DNA of 64,000 nt, taken from Vermamoeba vermiformis. Taxonomy: Eukaryota. Positions 37,443 to 49,719 of the stretch are shown here, piece by piece. The stretch spans positions 1 through 64,000 of the forward strand of contig JBEWZL010000013.1 in assembly GCA_045837725.1 (NCBI GenBank), written 5' to 3'. The position numbers were made by a program, and so were the translations under genes. Under the pieces are notes generated by a model. The model worked only from the letters and a program-made list of their open reading frames with translations. It made no database searches and was not told where the DNA came from. Position 1 is the first letter of the stretch; each line of letters opens with the position of its first letter.

Positions 37443-40400
37443 ATGTCCCTTTCAAATTTGCGTAGTTTTGAGATAAAAGATCTTCGTTCGGTCAATTATT
37501 GTTTCAATTTTCAACAATAGACGCCCTTGATAATTATTGAAAACAAACTAAATTTGGTAGTTATATTTACTCGATAAAGGTAAAATCTAATTCGTCATTG
37601 TTATGTTACAATAATATTTAAATGAAAGGCAAAACAAAAGATAAATTAGCTAATCTGTCTTCAAAACAATTTTAATTTGAAGATTTAATAGGTGTAATGT
37701 TACGAGTGGATACAAACTACAGCATTCGTGTTGGTTTCATCCACGATGAATCATTTCATTCCATCAGAAGCCTAGATGAAGTCACGGGCCGAGTTACCTT
37801 GCAAGCCAAGCAAAATACTTTGTGTTTTACCTTTGGCCCTTTTACCTACTCGTTTGCCAAGAGAAACTTAAAGAGATTCTATTGGAGCTCGGATTTGGAT
37901 GAGATCACCTTTGAATGGGATTACAACACTGGTCCAAAAATTCACGTAGGCACGAGTCGAACTACGCATAATCCCTTGCAGCTTGATGCGATTGAGTGCA
38001 ATGCGTTGTCGTTTTACGTGAAGCCTGCAGAGCCAGGCACTCAACGAACTTTCGAGAAGATCTTCCGCGTTGTCGACCACGATTTGCCCTTAGTAGAACA
38101 AAAGCAACACGAAGTACCTATGCCCAATGAGTTGCCTTTAATAGTAGGCTTGTATTTGGAGACCTTGTTATCGATGACAGATCCCGAGAGGCAGGATCAC
38201 ATGGAACTTTTGGCGGAAACTCCTCGATGCCAGTACCGACGAGGCTATAAGCGCGTTGATGCTGATGAAGAAGTCGAAGGCTATGATTCTCAATCCCACG
38301 GAAGCTCTGCAGCGTGAGCTCGAATATCTTGAGACGCTGGATCCGGAGGATTGGCCCTCGAAACAGCAGGAGAATCGACAAAAGAAGGACGAAGCAGCTT
38401 TGGTCTTTCAAATTGAAGTCACACCCACGAAGATGTACGTCATTGGACCCATCTTAGAGAGGTCCAACCGAATCTTGAAGAAGTACTGGAAGTACCGCGA
38501 TCATTTTGTACGAGTGCGCTTCACCGATGAAGATGGCTCGCCCATGCAAGCATCAGAGACCGAGATCGGACAGCTCGTGCACGATAAGCTCATGTATGGA
38601 ATTACGCTAGCTGGACGGTAAGTTTGTGTCAAACAAGCTTCTTCAGGTTGCTGACTTGTTTTTTGTTCTTGACAGCAACTTCACCTTTTTGGCGTGGTCC
38701 AATTCTCAGCTCCGCGGACACGCGTGTTTTCTATTCACCAAGATACTGAACGAGCATCGAATCGTCACCGCGCGAGACATTATCGATCAGCTGGGAGAGT
38801 TTTGGGATGATTCCCCTGCGAAACGTGGTTCCAGAGTCGGTCAGTGCTTGACTTCCTCACTTGGCGGTATTCGCATTTCCGTCAACAAGTGCGAAAAAAT
38901 CAAAGACATTACTCGAAATGGCTACGTGTTCTCAGATGGTGTTGGCACTGCGTCTCTTGGGGTGATGGAACTCGTTCAAAAGAGATTGAAGTTGCCGGAG
39001 GTGGTATCGGCGATTCAAATACGCTACGGAGGTAACAATACGGAGTACTTGCTATACCATTTGTAGTAACGGTTGGTTTTGACAGGTGCCAAGGGAGTGC
39101 TATCGTTGGACGATAGACTGCCCGGAGTGGGCATCAGACTTCGTCCAAGCATGTGCAAGTTCGATAGCTCGCATAGGGACTTGGAGGTTACAGACTACTC
39201 TACCTACCGCCCAGCGTATCTTAATCGACAGCTGATCACGCTGTTGCTGTCACTGGGGACTTCAGCAAAGTCATTGCAACGGCTCGAAGAGGCAATGACG
39301 TCAAACATTGACAAGCTATTGGCAGGTGTTGTCAATAAGAAAACGTTGGATCAGATCACTTGGGGCCATAGCAAAGAGATTCTGAAGGAGACGATTGGCA
39401 CCTTTGGATTCGACGACGCGTTCTTACGCGCCTTGATCAACAAGCACAGCAGCAAAGCACTCAAATTGTTGATCAAGAAGACTCGGATATTTATTCCGAA
39501 TAGCGCTTACGCGATGGGCATTCTTGACGAATACGGATGTCTTGAAGAAGACGAAGTGTTCTATCAAGGACGAAGTACGTCAATTTTTTCTCGAAAAGTG
39601 AGCACTTACTAATTGCATTGATGTAGCGGAAGACGGGAAAGTGATTCCGTTTGAAGGCGAGGTTATGGTAACCAGATCGCCAGCCGTGCATTCAGGAGAT
39701 GTTCGTATACTTAAAGCTGTGCATAGATACGACTTGTCACATCTCTACAACGTCGTTGTATTCTCCAGAAAAGGACAGCGACCAGTTCCAAACATGATTT
39801 CAGGTTAGTACCTTGGCTCGGCTAAATACGTATTTCCTGTTATGGTCAATTAACGCAACAGACAGGCGGAGATTTGGACGGCGACCACTACACAATAATT
39901 GCCGAGAAGTCAATTTTTCCTAAAAGAACAGTTGCTCCAATGGATTATACGACAAAACCAAAGTCAATTGCAACGAAAACCCACTCTTGGCCTGAGGATC
40001 CAATCAAATTCTTCGTGCATTACATGGCCAACGACAATCTGGGAAAGGTTGCTAATACTTGGCTGGCACAATGCGAAGTGCAGGAGAGAGGTGCGTTGTC
40101 ATCAATTGCAGTTGAGCTTGCCCACATCCACTCGACAATTGTAGATTTCCCGAAGACAGGTACGTCTTGTTGCGGGACAAAACTCCGTTCTAAACTATTG
40201 GACAGGCATTTCTGCCACTTTGCCTGACCACTGCAAAGCGTCAAAGTATCCTGATTACATGGGCAAATTACCGAAGAAGTCCTTTAAGTCTAAATCCTTC
40301 ATTGGGCAGTCGTTTAGAAGGTTAACGGCGAAATACGGCGATCCGTTCCAAGTCGATGATTTTACGCTTGAAGTGGACGGCGATTTGAGCTAATATCCTG

Positions 40401-40956
40401 GTACGCACCAATATTCAACACCAAACATTGTTTTTGCTGATAATGAACAGGCAACGAGGAATGGATCGACGAAGCCCTCGATGAATACAATGCGTACTGT
40501 ATTCAAATGCAAGGCTTGATCAATGATTTTAATGCATCTTCTGATGTCGATATTGTCACTGGAATACTACCTCCGACTGCACACAAACGATACCGTGGGA
40601 AGTAAGATCATTCGATGTACTCAATGTATTATTACTTTATTCATTCTCTGTACCAAAGGAAATCGAATACGGGTGAAAAGTTGGACATTGCATTCGCGGA
40701 CCTGAAGAAACGCTATTTGGAACGTTTTAATCAAGGAATCAGAGATCGTAAGTTGATGTTGTTCGAGATCACGCAATTTACCAAATTTTATTTAGATGAA
40801 GACAAGGTTGCGAAAGCTTCGGCTTGGTACCGCGCTGCGTACGAATTGTCAGACAAAAAGCCAGAATTTGCAAGCTTCGCTTGGATCTTGGCGGAACACT
40901 TGGTGGACATCAAAGAAACCGCAAGTTCTAGCCGCTCTAAGCGCCTTCGTTTTTGA
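37443..40956 (+). CDS. Cellular RNA-dependent RNA polymerase (RDR/QDE-1 family), copy 1; frameshift at ~38175 and in-frame TAA at 40391-40393, possibly a pseudogene; start uncertain
   Basis: SNRILK, FVRVRFTDE, FLAWSNSQLR, YVFSDGVG, QIRYG/GAKG, LNRQLI, TRSPAVHSGD, ISG/GDLDGD, VDFPKTG, YPDYM. Confidence 0.9.
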
Positions 40957-41048
40957 AATCATTTAAATTCTTAAATCTGATTGCGATGTTTTTTCACTGT
41001 TTCAGTTTTTTAATCGCAATAAAAGATCAACTTTTTGTGATCTTTTTG

Positions 41049-41077
41049 CAACACGGCGAAGATTCTCCGCCGTGTTG
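41049..41077. promoter_or_regulatory. Perfect 10-bp inverted repeat CAACACGGCG-N9-CGCCGTGTTG upstream of RdRP copy 2
   Basis: Direct sequence; CAACACGGC also occurs twice (37394, 37430) upstream of RdRP copy 1. Confidence 0.45.
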
Positions 41078-41128
41078 GGTTTAGTATTTGAAAGAACGAG
41101 CCAAACGAAACAAATTCTATTAATCTTA

Positions 41129-44100
41129 ATGGAAATGGAACGCGATTGGGGTTATGAACAGCTTAGCCAGGCAATGATGATGAACATGGAAGGTACTGAG
41201 AGAATTTGGTTACCAATTGCAATTTAACGTAAAAATACAGAATCTCTGCAATACTTCATTGACTTTGGTATGGAGCAATTATTTGATAATATGAATCAGC
41301 CTTCGCAAGGTATAAGCATCCGGATTCGCTAATTCAGACTTTTTTTAAATTTAATTGCAGAGTTATTTGTTCAATATCTCCTTGTTAGACCCCTACCTTC
41401 AGAAGAAGAAATAAGAGCTGAATTTTCACAATATGGAACAATTTTACGGATCAAAATAATGCCAACCAAATATTGCGCACTCGTTCGATTTTCCTCTGTG
41501 GAAAGGTTTGTCACACGTTTAAACTGTAATTTATTCTAACTATTCGTTCAGTGCGATTCAGGCTATTAGGACACCAAAATCAACTTTTGTTCGGAGACTA
41601 GACTACGGAAATGCTCGTGTTTTTCCTAAACCTCACTTTTCAGCCCTTGCTCTTGCCTCAGATTCGTCAATCATGGTTGGATTCTATCAAAATAACATTT
41701 TTTATTGCAACTTTACTGCGGATGCAGCACCCGTCAGTCTGGCGAACAGTCATAAGGAGCGTTTGATTCATCTCTACGTTAATGACAAACAAGTAACCTA
41801 TACATTCAAATACAGTCAAATTGAGAGGCTCGTCTATTGCGAAGGTACAGCACAGTTGTTGATGGAGTGGGCATTTGGCACGGGCCCTCAGATCTACACC
41901 TTCGAAGGTGAAAGAACACTCTCAAATCCGCTTCACCTGACTGAAAAAGATTGTCACGCATTTATTCTTACAATTCAAAGAGATCAGGACATTCACACGA
42001 TAATGAACGGAATTTTCGTACAAACCGTAGCATCACTCGAAATTGCGGACATGCCAAACAATGTCCCGATCCATCGAGAGCCAATACACTCACTCGACGT
42101 TGAATTGATGCTAGAATCATTGATATTAAGCAAAATTCCGAAGCGATTGATCACCGAAGAATTCTACGAAGTTATAAATCGAGCTGACGAAGAACGGCTG
42201 AAGTACGCGTTACGTCTATTAATACGCAACCAACGAGGATTCATTCTAGATCCTACGAAAGAGATCAAGCAGGCCTTAGTCAAAGTTGAACAGCGTTCTA
42301 TTCGACAATCGCTTCGAAGTAGATTGATGGACTCTAATGACGCAGAATACATGAGATTATTTGCACTTGAAATCACTCCCACGAAATGGTTCTTGACAGG
42401 TCCGATGATTGACAGGTCGAATAGAGTGCTGCGCAAGTACCAAGCCTACTCGTACCACTTCATTCGAGTCACTTTCCGCGATGACGACGGCAACAAATTG
42501 AACGCTATTAACGGCGAGCTTCAACAGTACATCACCGATAAATTGAAAAATGGAGTGACGTTGGCTGGAAAGTAAGACCTTACCAATTTATCGCGTGAGT
42601 CTAACTTCTTCAGAACATTCGTTTATCTGGCTTACGCAAATTCGGAACTGAAAAATCATTCCTGCTATCTCGTAGCGCCATTTGAACATGATGGACGGGT
42701 TATCACTGCAACGGACATTATTCACGGCCTTGGAGAATTCGACGAACAAACAGTTGCTAAGTGTGCTTCCAGAATAGGTAAGCGTACGCTTCGTAAGCTT
42801 TTCATTTCTTAATATCGTTCTTATACGATACCAGGTCAATGTTTTTCAGCGACTGTGGGTGGTGTCAAAGTCACATTTGATCCAAGATTAATCGATGACA
42901 TTCCAAAAAAAGGCAACCTCAAGTTCTCTGACGGAATAGGAAAAATTTCGCCTAGCATGGCACGAAAGCTCGTTTATCTGCCACAGTTGCGAGTGAAGCT
43001 GATGCCATGTGCCTTTCAAATAAGATTCAAAGGTAATAGTCAATAACATTATTTGCTATTTAATCTAGATTATAATTAAATTATTTCCAACGCAGGTTAT
43101 AAAGGCATGCTGGTCGTGGACAATTCTTTAAAGGGCGATCAAATTCACATGAGAGCAAGCATGGACAAGTTCACAGCTAATGAAGAGGACAATGAATTGG
43201 AAGTCAATGGATTCTCAGAGTACAGACCTGCATTCATGAACCGTCAAATGATCTTGCTATTATTAGCGCGTGGTGCATCAACAGAAGCAATGGAAATTCT
43301 CCGAAACAACATGATCAACAACTTGCAAGCTCTATTTGATGACAGCTTATCAAAGACTAAGTACCAACGCTTGCTTTCATTTACGATTGGATTCGGAGGC
43401 ACTGTTCTGCGGGAGGTAGCTCACGGGTTCAAGCACGATGCCTTTGTGCATGATTTGCTGAGCGTACAGTGCACGAAAGTCAATCCAGCAGTTAATCAAG
43501 AAGACAAGAATTCACGTACCTTTAGGAGCGCATTTGTACGGAGTGTTAGACGAAGATGGGTTATTGGAAGAAAATCAAATCTTCGTTCGTTTGCACGGTA
43601 ACATCAGCGAGTTGCTGTTTCGTGACGCTAATTTATCATCCAGATGATTCTCTTCAAAAGCACGTACAAACGATCAAAGGACCGGCATTTGTAACGCGAA
43701 GTCCGTCGCTGCATCCTGGTGACATTCGAATGGTCGAGTGTGTCGATGTGCCTCAGTTGCGGCACCTTGAAAATGTTATTGTACGTATAGTTAGATTATT
43801 CCAAATATAATAACGCTCACTTTTATTTAGGTTTTTCCTAGAAAAGGAACGCGACCCTTGACCGACATGATTTCGGGCGGAGATTTGGACGGGGATCGTT
43901 ACACCGTCATTTGGGACAAATCGTTGTTTCCAAAGCACGATTTTAAGCCAATGAAATTTACTAAGCCACAAGTGGCGGAAGAACTGAATGTCTATCCTGA
44001 CGCACACATCAACTTCTTTGTGAAGTTCATGGCTACAGACGCGCTCGGACAAATCGCAAACGCATGGTTAAGCCACGCTGAAAGTGACATCAAGAAAGGC

Positions 44101-44896
44101 GCAGCTTCAGATGATTGCAAGCAATTGGCCGAACTTTTTTCGCTGGCAGTTGATTATCCCAAGACAGGAGGTAATCCGATTGTCATGCCTGGGTACTTGA
44201 TCCCAAGGGAGTATCCAGAGTATATGATGAACCCGTTCAAACCATCATTCTACTCTAAATCGTTCATTGGCGACTCCCACCGCTATTTCAAAGAAATGTT
44301 GGGCTCGTTCATGCGCGATTTCGAGCAAGAGAAGCACCTCACAGTTGATAACGATCTAATTGACTACCCTGGTGAGCCTTCGCGAACATTACATACTGGA
44401 TATGGATTAACTAGTGTTCTAGGATCTGATCGATGGTTTGATGAGGCTCAACGAAGCTTTACCGAGTACGAGCAGCGAATGAACGAGCTGATCCGTATCT
44501 TTGAAATAACTGAGGTTGAAGCGTTTTCGGGCATAATGCTGTCATCTTCCAAGTACTCTAAACGCAGGTATGGCACTTATGATTAATTTGATACGACAAC
44601 TGACAAAGCTTCACTAGACAAAACACTGCTGAGCTGCGCATCAGATTCTCAAGCATTAGAAGCGAGCTCATGCGCCAATTTGATCGTGGAGTGTCAGGTG
44701 CGTGCGACATCTTGACCGTCGGTTTTTTTGTCTGACTGATTCTACAGGGCTCAACGATGAATTTGCTAAGGCTTCGATGTGGTATAAAGTGGCATACGTG
44801 GTCAACCAACGAATGCCTAGTTTTGCGTGGCTCGTGTACGACAAACTGCTGAAGATCAAAACAATGCGCCAACCAAGGTTTAACGACATACAGTGA
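41129..44896 (+). CDS. Cellular RNA-dependent RNA polymerase, copy 2, with N-terminal RRM; one apparent 1-bp indel at ~43477
   Basis: RRM-like SEEEIRAEFSQYGTILRIKI..CALVRFSS; SNRVLR, FSDGIG, FQIRFK/GYKG, TRSPSLHPGDIR, ISGGDLDGDRY, AVDYPKTG. Confidence 0.93.
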
Positions 44897-44967
44897 AGCG
44901 GAGTTTATTGACATTAGATTGTTTACGCGGCTGGATCTCAACAGCAGAATTTTATTAACAGCAAATA

Positions 44968-46728
44968 TTAAAAAATTTTATTTCTTTTTGCTTTCCATGT
45001 CTTCATAGCCAACGAAAACATCGCCGAAGATTGTAAAATGTGTTGCCAGATCTCGATCGGAAAAACTTTTTCTACCTGGCGAACGATATTACACCACAAT
45101 ATAACTGCATCTACACGATATTCTCTATTTCTTTTTAAATAAGGATCAATATCTCGGCGCTTTACCACTTCGGAGTTGAGTTGAACGAGAGTTTTGTTCG
45201 CTGAAAACACATCCGCTATAATTTTGAGTTCTGATTCGGTTCGATCTTTCGACTGCGCAAATAAGTCCAAACTATCTAGCGTATAGTTATACTTTAGGCT
45301 CGGCAGTATATTTTCTAAGGTTAAAGCTGCGGGTTTTCGTCGTTTCTCCTGGATCCCGCTGCACTTTAATTCCTTTAGCGTAGTATTGTATACTATTAAA
45401 TCGCTGATAAATTGAACTAATTTCTTTTCGTTTTCTTGGTATGTCATTTGCGAAATGTCTAAACTAGTCAAATTTTGATGCTGCATAATCGCGTTGTAAA
45501 AACTCGTCAGATCTTTAACGTAAATTTCTTTCAAGGAGATTTTTGTCAATGCCTTATTGTATTGTAATAAATCTATTATTTCTTTCGTGGTAATTATGCT
45601 CTTAGGATGAAGATCCAGTGTCTGTAGTGTTGTATTTGCTTTCAGTGCGTTGAGGAGAGTCGAATCATTTCCTGTTGGCTCTTCTATGTGGAATTTTCCA
45701 AGAAATAAATGCTTCAGCGTCGTATTTGTGGCTAACTCCGCGGCGAAATTTTTCAGGTGATCCACATCCAACAATAAATCATTGCCTGAACTATATTTTC
45801 GCTTATTTATCGTCAATGACCTTAATATATTATTACTGTTATTTTCCAACAAATGACCGGTAATTATTTTCATGCCCTCAGGCGAAATTCCGAGGATCTT
45901 AAATGACTCGATCGTTGGATGACATTTGACTGCTAATACTATCAGCTGAACATCTTCTATCAATTGAGTATTACTAGAGTCTATTATTAATGTCTTTAAT
46001 GACCTGTTTGCGGCAATTGCATCAGACAGATCCGAATAATTCTCTGGATAAAAAATGTTCAGTTCAAATAGCTCCAATTTCGTTGAATTGCGCAATATAT
46101 TCACAATAGACGTTAACACATTATCTATAGTTGGTATAAGTGATAGTTGTAGCTTGGTAATGTTGCTGCTCAAAACGAATCTATCAAAGCCAGATCCAAC
46201 TCCTTTCGTGTTGTTTAAAACCAGCCGTTTTAGATTTCTATTCGTATATAATAGATCAAATAATGGATCTAATATAAACTCGGGTATATCAGATAGCTCT
46301 AAGGATTCCACCGATGATCCGTTGATTGCTTTTGCCAAGATCTCGATCGATTGTTTGTCTGTCAGGACTGAAGTGACATGATCGGACAATATGAGCTTTT
46401 TAATAGTCTTATTCTTGCTCAAACAATTAGCTAGCAATTGCATTTGTTCGGATGTGACATAAGCAGTTGATCCAAAATAGCGACGTCTGAACTGGATCTC
46501 GAGTCTTCTTAATGCCGAATTGTTCAAAATAAATTCAACGATGTCATATGATTTATCATCTTCAACTGAAATCTCTATAACTAGTTCGTCAAGTGATCGC
46601 ATCTGGGCGACATGTTCGGCTAACTGTGGTAGTGAACAGCTTCCCGGATAAATAATTATTCGGTCCTTGGGCACAATTATATCGTCGCGCACTGAGTTGG
46701 GGAGAAAAATGAAAGGAGAGGCCTGCAT
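44968..46728 (-). CDS. RNI-like LRR protein with C-terminal F-box-like motif; paralog of the 12611-14669 gene; 5' exon(s) probably missing
   Basis: 586-aa ORF with N.TL..L.L repeats; YLKRNREYR..FPIEIWQHIL; preceded by a splice acceptor. Confidence 0.82.
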   Translation of the reverse strand: MQASPFIFLPNSVRDDIIVPKDRIIIYPGSCSLPQLAEHVAQMRSLDELVIEISVEDDKSYDIVEFILNNSALRRLEIQFRRRYFGSTAYVTSEQMQLLANCLSKNKTIKKLILSDHVTSVLTDKQSIEILAKAINGSSVESLELSDIPEFILDPLFDLLYTNRNLKRLVLNNTKGVGSGFDRFVLSSNITKLQLSLIPTIDNVLTSIVNILRNSTKLELFELNIFYPENYSDLSDAIAANRSLKTLIIDSSNTQLIEDVQLIVLAVKCHPTIESFKILGISPEGMKIITGHLLENNSNNILRSLTINKRKYSSGNDLLLDVDHLKNFAAELATNTTLKHLFLGKFHIEEPTGNDSTLLNALKANTTLQTLDLHPKSIITTKEIIDLLQYNKALTKISLKEIYVKDLTSFYNAIMQHQNLTSLDISQMTYQENEKKLVQFISDLIVYNTTLKELKCSGIQEKRRKPAALTLENILPSLKYNYTLDSLDLFAQSKDRTESELKIIADVFSANKTLVQLNSEVVKRRDIDPYLKRNREYRVDAVILWCNIVRQVEKVFPIEIWQHILQSSAMFSLAMKTWKAKRNKIF

Positions 46729-46889
46729 CTGAATGTAAAAAATAAAAATAATTATTAGTTTTTGTTCACCCGGCCTCTGTCACAATTAAACGTTATTATT
46801 AAAAATTGGTATTAATAATCATATATTTTATTATTATTTAATAGTTGTTGACTAGTCAAAGAAAAATTATGTAATGACGCAGAAAAAAA

Positions 46890-47700
46890 CAGGTGTACGA
46901 ACAAGAAAAACGGAGAGGCCCCAGACCCACGCAACCCGACCCTGTCGCACCGCCGCTAAGCGAGTACGTCTCCCCTCCTCCCTTTGCTCCCTTTGCTTCT
47001 TTTGAGCTCACGGACAAAACAGACAACCCCGAACGCGAGGCGACCGCGCCGCCGCTCGTCGCTCGCTCGCGGCCGTCGCGCAACAGCCGACGGGGCAGGT
47101 CCTCTCCCCCAATACGACGAAGGCCCGCCCCGGGCCGGGGGCGGGGCCCCCCCCGGGGGGCCGCGCCGGCGGCGAGGGCCAATGGGGGGAGGGGCGGAGG
47201 CGCCGGACGGGAGGGGTTTAGAGGGGGGGTTCCCGGTTATGTTTTTGGGTAGGGGGAGTAGAGCGGCGGGAGTGTTGGTGCGGCGGTGGCGGAGGGATGG
47301 GGGGTTTTTGTTCGGGTTTGTGGGGCGTTGTTTTGGTTTTTTGGAGTTTGTGTGTTTGAGAATGGGTGCGGTTTGGGGTAAGTTGAGGTAAGGGAGGGGG
47401 GGGGGGGGGAGTGGGGTGGGTAAGAGGGGTGTGTTGGGGCTGCAGTGACTGAGGGGGGGGGGGAGGTGGTTTTTGGTTCGGTAGAGGGTGTTTTTTTTGC
47501 CGGGATTTTGAGGGTAGGGTGGGGAGAGTGTGCTGGGAGGGTGATGTGTTAGGGGAGGGTAGGGGGGGGGTGAGATTTTTGAGGAGAATGGTTTGTTTGT
47601 TTTAATATATTGAAGTATCTCTATTTAACGTTGGGGGGGGGGTTGGGGAGGTGGGGGGGGGGGGGGGAAGTTTTTATGAGAAAAGGAGAGGGAAAGGGCG
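46890..47700. other. GC-rich low-complexity, strand-skewed tract; probably low-quality sequence
   Basis: Abrupt composition change, long G/T homopolymer runs, no credible ORF. Confidence 0.6.
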
Positions 47701-47759
47701 GTCCGTTGCCGGGAGCGATGCGTCACCGCGTAAAGAGGGTGTGTACGTCTGCCTTCACA

Positions 47760-49427
47760 ATTACCTCAAATCCTTTAGATCGGAGTTAAACAAGATTTGG
47801 CATGTAAGACTAAAGTTTGGAAGAAGAAAAACAAATAAATTGGTGTTTGACTTGTGGGGTTCGGTCAAAAAGGCGGCTGAAAAATCCTGGCTGTCGTTTT
47901 TTGAAGAACGTTGTTGGTTCATCCAAAAAACCAACAAACCAACGATGGCTACGCGATCTTTCGCGACCCTTATCCCGTTGCGTTGCTGTTTAGTGTGTTG
48001 GTTGCACATTTTGTACAAAATTCCAAGTTTGGTTGAAGCGAGCGTTTTAATTTATTCCAGATCCAGAGGATCTAAACCCACGTGGACATTATTCGTGAGA
48101 CGGTTTAAATAGCCACAACATCTTCGTATGAGGAAGGACAGCTATATTTCTCCACACGCGAACCATTTTCACGTTGTTAGCGCCGGTGAATTCTTCCGTC
48201 AATACTAAGTGCTCCAATTTTGGTACAACGACGCTATTGATAATAGCAAAACTTGGCAGATCTGCATCGATCGATCGTACTGTGAGGACTGGTTTGACAG
48301 TACGTAATGTCTCGATCAATTTAACATTTGCGGGGACTGGCTGCTGACCCGTCCAAAGGCCATCTATCAAATAACTCATTAAAATCCACAAAAATAGTGT
48401 AAAATTAAAAATAATATCGTTTTGTTAGTATAAAATGATAATAGTAAAGTCGTTTTGATAGAATATTAATTCTACGGTACCTTCAACTGTCGTTGTTTTG
48501 ACCGACATCCATGCAGATCCGTCAGGTGACCATCTCCAATCGCCATCAGCATAAATGTAGTAAATCGGAGTAGCGCCTGCTTCCCAATTAAGGAAAGCAA
48601 GACTATATTTGGAAATTTGTCCCTTGGATGTGAAACTGGTCGGCGCTGGTATTCCGAATATAGGACCGAAGTTATCGTGGTATAATATCGAGTTCATACG
48701 GTTTAAATAATGACTATATTCCATATCATTGATGCGTACTAATGGAACAACAGTCATGCTCGGTGCTGCAGAGATAGTAATGTCAGATCTGATTTTCAAA
48801 TAAAATTATGAGACTTAAAAATTTACCTTGCAGAGCCTCGCTTTGATTAGGTGTAATATTAAGCTCTAAATGAATTATTTAGCACTTAGAATGCGATAAA
48901 GGGAGCAGAGATTCGGATCTTACTGGATCTGCGCGATCGAAACAACGTTTTAACGCAATCTTGCCACGAAGCAAAGCATTTAGGCACTAAATAGTCTTCG
49001 CCTAAATAAAACTATAATAGGGTTAGCATTGAAGGCGATAAACACGCGAAGAAATTTCTCGATCAGCTTACCCCAACATTTTTATCTTCCCCTAGCATTT
49101 GAAAGTGATGCTTGAAACATAGATGCCATAATGTATCGTTAAATAGGGTCTGCCAGGTCTTGCAAACGGATTGACTGCGAGCGAACGGCACCGCTAGAAA
49201 ACTCGATCAGAACAGGAATTCCAACCCCAAAAATTACGAATATTATTTAGCTTGCAACAAATATTACCACATATCGAAACAAATAATAATTAGCGAATTG
49301 AACGTCTCAGATTATTCAGCACGTGTCATTGCAAATATTTGAAAATCTTTTTGATTGGCTTACCCTCTAAGTACGAGAATATCTGCGGCCATATCTCTAC
49401 GGGAATATTTTGAATAATATCTTCCAT
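47760..49427 (-). CDS. N-terminal F-box protein with unrecognised C-terminal domain (3' end uncertain)
   Basis: Exon 1 MEDIIQNIPVEIWPQIFSYLE; exon 2 QSVCKTWQTLFNDTLW. Confidence 0.72.
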
Positions 49428-49719
49428 AGATTTGCGTTTGTGCGTCTCTGGTGGTGTTCACTTGAAAAAGATAAACTTAACTGACCTTTCTCACCGGCAC
49501 AAGAGATGATTTTTGATAAGCAAAAGTTATACCCCTCCCTACGCAAATACTAGTGCCTTATTATATTGATCAGTTGACCTGGTCTTTCAGAAGAATTACC
49601 GCTAGATCCAAAGTCGCAACGCTCGCCGTGCACTAACTTCCTGTTTAACCAAGTTCAGTTTAATTGTACGATACTACACTAGCATACAAGTACATTATAT
49701 ACAGTAGGCTTAAGTTAGC

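Noticed and set aside
40391-40393. Stop-codon reassignment (TAA as sense)
   Set aside because: TAA ends many genes normally here, and long exons lack in-frame stops
46856-47391. Arg/Gly/Pro-rich ORFs in the GC island
   Set aside because: By-products of low-complexity GC-rich sequence lacking stop codons
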